Below are positions 1-7,700 of a DNA stretch of 64,000 nt, in pieces. The stretch is taken from the NCBI GenBank assembly GCA_030606215.1, contig JAUWGW010000003.1, forward strand, positions 4,407 to 68,406. The letters are read 5' to 3'. Made by a program: the position numbers and the translations under genes. The first letter of the stretch is position 1. Each line of letters begins with the position of its first letter. Source of the DNA: a bacterium (GTDB lineage: Bacteria; NPL-UPA2; JAUVJM01). The notes under the pieces were generated by a model that worked only from the letters and a program-made list of their open reading frames with translations, was not told the DNA's origin and did no database searches.

Positions 1-54
1 AAATAGCTTGCAAAATAACCAATAAAAGGTTAAAAGACAAGGTATTGGAAAATT

Positions 55-891
55 ATGATTACATTATCCTTTTATAATATTGATGAATTCTGTTCAAAAA
101 TAGATTTAAGTGTAGGGAGACCTGTTATTGACTTATCAGATGTTTCATTCGTTGAGCCTTATGCTATAATTTATCTTGGATTGTTTATGAGATATTACAA
201 CTCACTTGGAAAATATTTTGATTGGCGAGATTCAAGTGATACAAAGGTTAGAAAATATTTATCTCGTATGAACTTTTATGAGAGGTTTAATTTTAGTAAA
301 GATGTGATAAAAGAAACAAAGCTAATACGATTTACATCTAATACATCGTTTAATGACATTATTGATATAGAGAAAGATGTTTGCATGCCAGATTCTATTG
401 CCAATGAATTGAGAGAATTGTTGATTCGGCAGTATGAAATAAATAATGTTAAATTTGATATTCCCGTTGTGTGCGAGATTACTGCTGAAATAATTGATAA
501 TTTTATTCAGCACTCTGATGAAAACTTGGCGGTAATGACAGTTCAATATTTTCCTAAAAAGCACACTTTATCTATTGCAATTGGAGATTGTGGGATTGGC
601 ATTAAGAAAAGCTTATCGTCTGTGTCAAGATATTCTCATGTCAGGAATTTGTCGGATGAGGATGCAATTGAGAAAGCTTTTGATTACTTAGTATCAAGAA
701 AAATGGAGGGAGGCACAGGATTAAGTGATATAAGAGATACCATCTTAGAGAAAAATGGAAGTCTATATTTTTCCTCTAATGAGGGCTTCTATATAATAAA
801 GGATAGGAAGATACAAAAAGGAAGCATGTTTTTTGAGTTACCTGGTGTTCAGATTGAATATATTTTCAAAGAGGAGGTAAATGGGCTATGA
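55..891 (+). CDS. GHKL-type (histidine kinase/SpoIIAB-like) ATPase with an N-terminal STAS-like region
   Basis: 278-aa ORF. N-box-like EIIDNFIQHS, G1 box GDCGIGI and G2 box GGTGL. The N-terminus IDLSDVSFVEPYAIIYLG resembles an anti-sigma-antagonist/STAS segment. The stop overlaps the next start (ATGA at 888-891). Confidence 0.6.
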   Translation: MITLSFYNIDEFCSKIDLSVGRPVIDLSDVSFVEPYAIIYLGLFMRYYNSLGKYFDWRDSSDTKVRKYLSRMNFYERFNFSKDVIKETKLIRFTSNTSFNDIIDIEKDVCMPDSIANELRELLIRQYEINNVKFDIPVVCEITAEIIDNFIQHSDENLAVMTVQYFPKKHTLSIAIGDCGIGIKKSLSSVSRYSHVRNLSDEDAIEKAFDYLVSRKMEGGTGLSDIRDTILEKNGSLYFSSNEGFYIIKDRKIQKGSMFFELPGVQIEYIFKEEVNGL

Positions 892-1292
892 ATAAAGATA
901 TCACAATAGACGTGGCAAAACTTGCAAAGTCTACAATTACGAGAAACCGTGGAAATGAGGCATTTGGTAATTTAGAAAGCATTATCAAAAATAATCCACC
1001 CGACGTAGTAACTATTGACCTGACAAAATCTGGTATGGTTTCTTTATCATTTCTTGATGGCATGATTGTTAATATGCAGAAAAAATTAGAATTACGAAGA
1101 GTAAAACTTTGCTTTATTGTCAAACTTGAAGATGTGCTCAAGAAGTTAAGAAAAGTAGTAACACTCAGAAATTTCAAGGGATATTACAAATACGCTAATG
1201 AAGATGATGTCAAGGAAATTGAAAAAGTTGAGATGAATTCGAATATGCGTCCAGAAGTGGTTAAAAATAAAGAGAGCCTAATAAAACTGTGA
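888..1292 (+). CDS. STAS-like (DUF4325-type) protein, translationally coupled partner of the upstream ATPase
   Basis: 134-aa ORF. TRNRGNEAFGNLESII...VVTIDLTKSGMVSLSFLDGMI matches my recollection of the DUF4325/STAS-like pattern. 4-nt overlap with the upstream gene. Confidence 0.5.
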   Translation: MNKDITIDVAKLAKSTITRNRGNEAFGNLESIIKNNPPDVVTIDLTKSGMVSLSFLDGMIVNMQKKLELRRVKLCFIVKLEDVLKKLRKVVTLRNFKGYYKYANEDDVKEIEKVEMNSNMRPEVVKNKESLIKL

Positions 1293-1459
1293 TAGGTGAT
1301 AATTATGCCAGCGCATGACATAATTGATAATCGCAAAGAAAATTGCAGGAATGCAACGAAGTCTATTGGGCAGCCTGCGAGTTGGTAAAGAATAGGCTAG
1401 AAAAAGCAAAGAGTGTATGAAAAAAATAATTAGAGGCAAAAACGCAGGTAGTCATTAAA

Positions 1460-2557
1460 ATGGGGAAATTACATATATTCCTTTGTGCGCTAATTACCAT
1501 TATTTCTATATCATTTACTCTATATAGCGTCCGTTCGAGTCAAAAAAGACATTTCATCATAATTGGAATTGCATTGATTGTTACATTATGGGCGGCACTA
1601 GGATATTTGATGAATAAAAGACAGAGAGAAGAAATAGTCGAAGAAGTGAAAGAAGTTAAGAGAGAGATAGAAAATCTACCTCAAAGGTTGAGTATTTTAC
1701 TAAATCCAATAATTGAAGCAAAAATTGAGCGGAAAGAGGAGTTTAATAAACCTACTATGGGGTTTGAAGAAATGTTATTCTCAGAAGCACGAGAAAATCA
1801 AGTGTTCATTCATAAAAATTTAGGAATCTATTACTATAAAAGGAACGATTTTGGTATTGCTGAAAAGGAATTACAGAGAGCAATTCAATTCGACCGAAAG
1901 GACATAGATAGTCATAGGTATTTGGGCATCATTTATAGCAAGAAACAAGATTTTAACAGGGCAATTTCTATATATCAAAAAATAGTGAACTTGAAACCCG
2001 ATGTTTCCACTCTTGAAGAACAATTACAGCTTGCTGTTTTGTACGAATATATTGGTCGTGATGCTTCAGCTTTACAGTCAGCTTTGAAACTCTATAATCG
2101 TATTATTGGATTTAATGATGCTTATGTTAAGCTTGCAAAAGACAGGATAGAATATATTAGGCCACAAATAGAATATGAATTCGAACGAAAGAGAAGAAGT
2201 GGAACTATGCCTGTAGGTTTGATCCCACCGATTGTGGTAATTAGTTTGCCTTCTCCGGGATCCAAATTTGCTCTTGGGAGAGAAATCATTCTAAAAGGAA
2301 CAATTGCAAACCCCAGATATGGTAATATCATTGATTACTATGTTGTAGAATATAGAAATCTTAGTAAGGAGGACGATTCTTGGCAGATAATTAAAAGTGT
2401 TGACTTTCAGGGAGCAAAGGATGAAATCATTGGTGGGGTAATATGCAAATGGACACCTATAAGCCTTGGGAGATATCTTGTTAAGGTTATTGCTAAGGAT
2501 TTAAATGGGCATGAGGCTTCTCATCAAATTCAAATAATGGTTCAACCAAAAGAATAA
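1460..2557 (+). CDS. Membrane-anchored TPR-repeat protein with a C-terminal Ig-like beta domain
   Basis: 365-aa ORF. Two N-terminal hydrophobic helices, a charged coiled segment, TPR-like repeats (LGIYYYKRNDFGIAEKELQRAIQFD, RYLGIIYSKKQDFNRAISIYQKIV) and a beta-rich C-terminus (YLVKVIAKDLNGHEASHQIQIMV). Confidence 0.5.
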   Translation: MGKLHIFLCALITIISISFTLYSVRSSQKRHFIIIGIALIVTLWAALGYLMNKRQREEIVEEVKEVKREIENLPQRLSILLNPIIEAKIERKEEFNKPTMGFEEMLFSEARENQVFIHKNLGIYYYKRNDFGIAEKELQRAIQFDRKDIDSHRYLGIIYSKKQDFNRAISIYQKIVNLKPDVSTLEEQLQLAVLYEYIGRDASALQSALKLYNRIIGFNDAYVKLAKDRIEYIRPQIEYEFERKRRSGTMPVGLIPPIVVISLPSPGSKFALGREIILKGTIANPRYGNIIDYYVVEYRNLSKEDDSWQIIKSVDFQGAKDEIIGGVICKWTPISLGRYLVKVIAKDLNGHEASHQIQIMVQPKE

Positions 2558-2640
2558 ATATTTAATCAACAGTGTTCAGAAACTATAGGATGCTGGAGCA
2601 GGTGTTAAGCTAGCAAAAAGTTAAGATGATGGAGTGGAAT

Positions 2641-3624
2641 ATGGCTACAAAGGTATTTATAAGTTGTGGGCAGGCAACAGATAGAGAAATTGAAACAGCT
2701 AAGAAAATTAAAGAATGGTTAGAAAATAAAGAGATTGGTTTTGAAAAAGCATACGTGGCAATTAGAGAACAGGAGATGCAAGATCTCAATAGTGCCATTA
2801 TCAATAACCTGGCAGATTCGGATTATTTCTTGTTCATAGATTTCAAGAGAGAAACCATCAATGGGGGAAACCTCTTCAAGAAAGTGGTTAACTGGTTGCT
2901 TGGTAAAAAAAGCTATAGAGGCTCCCTCTTTGCTCATCAAGAATTAGCGTTGGCTTATTATCTTGGTTTTGAGGATGTGATTTTTCTTCATCAAGAAGGT
3001 GTAATTTCGGAAGGTTTTTTGAAGAGTATTCAAGGGAATTCCATTCCGTTTAGAGGCTATGATGAGATATTAGAGATAGTAAAGGAGCAGGTTGGAAAAA
3101 GATGGGATAAAAATTATTCAAGGCACCTTGTTGTTGGAGATATTACAAAATCAGAGGGTTCTTACGGTGACCATTCAAGCGATGGGCAAAAACGTCAACA
3201 AATCTGGCATTGTAGAATAGATAACAGGAGGAAACGAGAAGCGGCGCAAAATGTTGTGGCAAGATTGAAAGAAATAAGGGATGAAAAAGGGGAAGTGAAA
3301 AGCTCGCCGGATAAACAAGCGCTCAAATGGGCTGGCGCTTATACGAGTTATTCTTATGTAATTCCTCCACAGTCTGATGGAACTTTTGATCTTTTTTGCA
3401 CTTTCCCTTACAAGCTCACAGAGATCTATCTGCACAGTCTTTTAGACGTTAAACCCCGGGAACCCATTATTAGAAAAGCGGGAGAATTTTATCTCATATA
3501 TCAAATATCCGCTATAAATTTTCCTCGGCTTGAGTTTTCTGTGAAACTAAATTCAGGGAAAATACCGCTTGAAGTTAATATCGTTAAGAGTTCCGATGGA
3601 TCAGGGATTTCTCTTATTATGTAA
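2641..3624 (+). CDS. TIR-like / nucleoside 2-deoxyribosyltransferase-like domain protein with an uncharacterised C-terminal domain
   Basis: The ORF track starts at 2626. ATG 2641 follows GGAG (2632-2635) and gives MATKVFISCGQ, a TIR/NDT-type first strand. SLFAHQELALAYYLGFEDVIFL resembles the NDT-family catalytic-Glu helix. The C-terminal ~150 aa has no motif I recognise. Confidence 0.45.
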   Translation: MATKVFISCGQATDREIETAKKIKEWLENKEIGFEKAYVAIREQEMQDLNSAIINNLADSDYFLFIDFKRETINGGNLFKKVVNWLLGKKSYRGSLFAHQELALAYYLGFEDVIFLHQEGVISEGFLKSIQGNSIPFRGYDEILEIVKEQVGKRWDKNYSRHLVVGDITKSEGSYGDHSSDGQKRQQIWHCRIDNRRKREAAQNVVARLKEIRDEKGEVKSSPDKQALKWAGAYTSYSYVIPPQSDGTFDLFCTFPYKLTEIYLHSLLDVKPREPIIRKAGEFYLIYQISAINFPRLEFSVKLNSGKIPLEVNIVKSSDGSGISLIM

Positions 3625-3754
3625 CAATCTGATTCCTGTAGGGAGAAATTCATCATTTTAGAGATAAACATCGCACGGGGCTTGAGTGTTGACTACAATG
3701 TGTATGCGATTGACTACAAAATGTATATGGAGGTTGACCGTGTTAGAAAAAAGC

Positions 3755-3783
3755 TTGACGGCATGGATATATCTGAGTATAAT
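3755..3783 (+). promoter_or_regulatory. Sigma70-like promoter for the MNT-HEPN-helicase operon (TTGACG-17 nt-TATAAT)
   Basis: TTGACG at 3755-3760, a 17-nt spacer, TATAAT at 3778-3783, 39 nt upstream of ATG 3822. Confidence 0.5.
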
Positions 3784-3820
3784 GAATTTGAGTTCAAAAA
3801 AATGAATTTGAGTTCAAAAT
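3781..3820 (+). promoter_or_regulatory. Two tandem 20-bp operator-like repeats, each with a small inverted repeat (TTTGA-GT-TCAAA)
   Basis: AATGAATTTGAGTTCAAAAA (3781-3800) is followed by AATGAATTTGAGTTCAAAAT (3801-3820). They lie between the -10 box and the start codon of a gene that encodes an N-terminal wHTH. Confidence 0.5.
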
Positions 3821-3821
3821 T

Positions 3822-4355
3822 ATGAAATTAAGAGATTTCTTCTTTGGTACAAGCCAGCAAAAAATTCTAAAATTTTTAGCTGATTTTCCTAATAAGACCT
3901 TCTTTGAGCGGGAAATTTCTCAGAGGACAGGAGTAAGTCGGGGAGCAACCAATATCGCTTTAAAACAATTGGTTAAAGGAAATTTAATTATTTTAGAAAA
4001 GAGAGGAAGGATGTCTTTCTATTCTGTAAATTTGAGAAATCCTATCATAAGGGAATGGAAAGTTCTAAATAATGTTATTAAAATCCACTCATTAATAAAA
4101 AGAGTAGCAAAAATAAGTGATAAAATTATCTTATTTGGAAGTGCGGCAGATGGTATAAATATTAAAGGGAGCGATATTGACCTTTTCGTTCTGACCAACT
4201 TCTCTAAAGAGGTAAAAGAGATAATTTCTAAGGATAAGAAAAAAATTCAACTAATTGTCAAGAAACCTTTAGAATTTGTAGAGATGAAGTCAAAAGACTC
4301 TGTATTCTATGAGGAGATATTGAAAGGAGTTGTCTTATGGGAGAAGATGGAATAG
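3822..4355 (+). CDS. wHTH-fused minimal nucleotidyltransferase (MNT), antitoxin-type partner of HEPN
   Basis: 177 aa. N-terminal MarR-like wHTH (EISQRTGVSRGATNIALKQLV). NTase motif LFGSAADGINIKGSDIDLFVL (GSx10SDxDL). Overlaps the HEPN start by 19 nt. Confidence 0.75.
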   Translation: MKLRDFFFGTSQQKILKFLADFPNKTFFEREISQRTGVSRGATNIALKQLVKGNLIILEKRGRMSFYSVNLRNPIIREWKVLNNVIKIHSLIKRVAKISDKIILFGSAADGINIKGSDIDLFVLTNFSKEVKEIISKDKKKIQLIVKKPLEFVEMKSKDSVFYEEILKGVVLWEKME

Positions 4356-4783
4356 ACCATGAGTTTAAAAAGTGTCTGGCAAAAGGGAAATTAAGGGAAT
4401 TTCCTAAAGGCAAAGGTCTCTTTCCCAAAGAATTAGAAACGGCAGAGAGAGATTTGGAAGAAGCAAAGGATAATTACAAAAATAAGAAGTTTAAATGGGC
4501 TACTATTCAGGGATACTATGCAATGTTTCATACTGGAAGGGCATTAATTTATTTCAGGGGATACAGAGAAAGGAGTCATTATTGCTTAATTGTAGCGTTG
4601 AGAGCTCTATTTGTTTCTAAGCGAGCCTTGAGTGCTCAAATAGTGGAAATGTTGCAACAAGGAAAGAGATTGCGGGAAAGTGCCGATTACTACAACGAGT
4701 GGTCTCAAGAAGGAGCTCGCAGAATAATTGAGAGTGCTGAAGAATTTATCAAAAAGACAAAGGGGATTTTGCGTAGTGAGTGA
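4337..4783 (+). CDS. HEPN-domain protein (toxin-type RNase partner of MNT)
   Basis: 148 aa, all-helical. RGYRERSH fits the Rx4-6H HEPN motif, with a conserved-looking RESADY near the C-terminus. Gene order MNT-HEPN with overlapping junctions. Confidence 0.7.
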   Translation: MGEDGIDHEFKKCLAKGKLREFPKGKGLFPKELETAERDLEEAKDNYKNKKFKWATIQGYYAMFHTGRALIYFRGYRERSHYCLIVALRALFVSKRALSAQIVEMLQQGKRLRESADYYNEWSQEGARRIIESAEEFIKKTKGILRSE

Positions 4784-7700
4784 CGTAATTGATAATAGAA
4801 AAGTGAGACTTGGGGATGCGATAGGTAAAATTTTGCCAAATGCTGAGCGAGCAAAGTTTGCTGTAGGCTACTTCTTCCTATCCGGACTTGAGGCTATCCA
4901 AAAACATCTTGCTGGGGTATCGGAGCTAAGACTTCTTATTGGTAATACAACAAACCGGCAGACTTTAGAACAGATTAGCGAAGGGTATAAACGGTTGGAC
5001 TTAGCCCAGCAGGCTATGGATGACATTACCAAGTTCTCCAAGAGAAGCGAGAAGAAACACCGCATAAGTGAGACAGCAGAAAACTTAAAGGAAGCAGTGG
5101 CATTGATGGACCAGACCAATGAAGGCGAAGAACTAGTGAACATCTTAATCAGACTGATTGAGGAGAAGCGGTTAAAGGTGAAAGTGTATACAAAGGGCAG
5201 GCTCCATGCCAAAGCTTATATCTTTGACTACAAGCAGGATGGAAGATATGAAAAAGGAATTGCGGTTGTCGGTTCGTCTAACCTCACGCTTTCAGGGATA
5301 GAGCACAATACAGAATTAAATGTTGTAGTTCAGGGAAATGACAATCATAGAGAGCTAACTAAGTGGTTTGAAGAACTCTGGAGTGAGGCAGAGGATTTTG
5401 AAACTCATCTGATGAATGAATTGAAGCAGTCCTGGGCTGTTGTTCCAGCTACTCCTTATGACATCTATATGAAAACACTTTATGCTCTTGTAAGGGACCG
5501 TTTAGAAGAAGGAGAAGGAGCAGAGATTCTCTGGGATGATGAGATTACAAGAGATTTAGCAGATTTTCAAAAGGTGGCGGTTAGACAGTCCATTCAGATG
5601 ATTCGGGATAATGGCGGATGTTTTGTATCTGATGTTGTAGGTCTTGGCAAGAGCTATATCGGGTCAGCAATTCTCAAACATTTTGAGCGAACCGAACATG
5701 CCAGACCTCTGATCATTTGTCCTAAGACTTTGGAGGATATGTGGGAAGGATATAATGAAGTTTATCACTTGAACGCGAGAGTTCTTCCCATGAGTTTACT
5801 TAAAGCAAAGGATGAGGAAGATATCAATATGCTCCTTGAGGATGTCAAATACAGGGACCGAAATGTAGTTCTTGTTGACGAAAGTCATAATTTTCGCCAT
5901 CATACTATACAACGGTATCAGATTCTCCAGACATTCTTTTCAACTGGTAGAAAATGTTGTTTTCTAACTGCCACTCCACGGAATAAGACTGCGTGGGACC
6001 TCTATCACCAGATTAAGCTATTTCATCCCGATGATAAGACTGACTTACCCATTGAGCCTCCTGACCTGAAGCAATATTTCAAGGCAATTGAAAAAGGGGA
6101 AAGAAAGCTTCCTGATATTCTTGCTCACATTCTAATCAGAAGAACTCGGCGTCATATTCTTCGTTGGTATGGATATGCTGAAGATACCAGTCAGCCTTTA
6201 AGGGAACTCTCAGATACGGTTTGTCAGCCATATCTTGATGGCGAGAGAAGAGCTTATGTAATGGTTGGTGCAAAGCACCAATATTTCCCTAAGCGAGAAC
6301 TTGAAACCATGAGATATAGTATTGAGAAGACATATAGAGGTCTTTATCAACAGATTAGAGGATACCTGGGACGCCCGAGAGGAGAAAGGTATAAGCCTAA
6401 ACCGGGGGTAGAACTTACCTATGCTCGTTATGGACTGTGGCATTATGTTCATGAAGATAAAAGAAGGAAGAAACCTTATAGTGACCTTCATCGTGCAGGG
6501 ATTAATCTAAGAGGAATTATCCGGGTATTGCTTTTCAAACGATTTGAATCAAGTGTCGCTGCCTTCAGAGAGACTTTAAGACGGCTTATCAGAATTCACA
6601 GCGCTTTTCTGAAATCGCTTGAACAAGGGGTTATCCCGGCTGGAGACGACGCTCAGCAGCTTCTCTATGAATCAGATAAGATTAGTGAGGTTGACCTGTT
6701 AGAACAATTACGAGAACTGAGCGGGGCATATGAATCAAAGGACTTTTATGTGGATGAGTTGAAAAAACACATCAAGGCAGATAAAGAACTCTTAGAGACC
6801 ATGTTTTCCCTTGTTGAACCAATTACCCCCAAGAACGATGGCAAACTTCAGACACTGTTCTCAGGGATGCAAAACGAGCCTTTATGTAGGGGTAAATGCT
6901 TGATTTTCACCCAATATGCTGATACTGCAAGATACCTGTATGAAAATCTCAACCCGGGGGATAAACAACCAGATATAGATGTGATTTATGGAGCGGATAA
7001 AAGCAAAATTAGAATGGCAGGGCGCTTTGCTCCTGAGGCAAATCCTGAATATAAATTTCAGAAGGGAGAGCGTGAAGTCCGTATCCTGGTTGCCACAGAT
7101 GTGATGGCGGAAGGGCTCAACCTTCAAGACTGTGATAAGGTTATCAATTATGACCTCCATTGGAATCCTGTTCGGTTGATTCAACGTCTGGGGCGTATTG
7201 ATAGAATCGGCACTGAGCATGATATAGTGTGGGCATTTAATTTTCTGCCGGAGAGTGAATTAGATAAAGGCCTTAGAATAACTGAGGTTTTAGCCCGACG
7301 CATTGAAGAAATACACGATACTATAGGGGAAGATTCGGCAATTCTTGATAAAAGTGAACAACTGAACGAAGAGGCAATGTATGCGATCTATGAAAAAAAG
7401 GGAGGACAACTTACCTTCTTTGAGGAGGACGAGAAGGAATTTATTGATTTAAATGAAGCTGAAGAAATGCTCAGGCAGATGCGGAGAGAAAGACCTGAGG
7501 AGTTTGACAGAATAGCGCATCTGCATGATGGCATTCGGAGTGCAAGGGTATCTGATACAAAGGGGCATTATGTTTTCTGTCAAGCAGGGCGGTTTCAAAA
7601 GTTATATTTAGTGGATGCGAAAGGAAAAATCATCTCCCGTGATATCCCACGGGTTTTGGGGACTATTAGATGTTCGCCAGTTGAGCCAACGGAAAGCCTC

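Noticed and set aside
3781-3820. Possible CRISPR-like array (exact 20-bp tandem repeat)
   Set aside because: There are only two abutting units with no spacers, and they sit in a promoter leader. Operator repeats fit this better than CRISPR.
4728-4775. ORF-track ATG start of the PLD-helicase (MRVLKNLSKRQRGFCV...)
   Set aside because: These 16 codons lie entirely inside the HEPN gene in another frame. GTG 4776 gives the family-typical VIDN... N-terminus and a stop/start overlap, so I treated the upstream part as a probable false extension. This is unproven.
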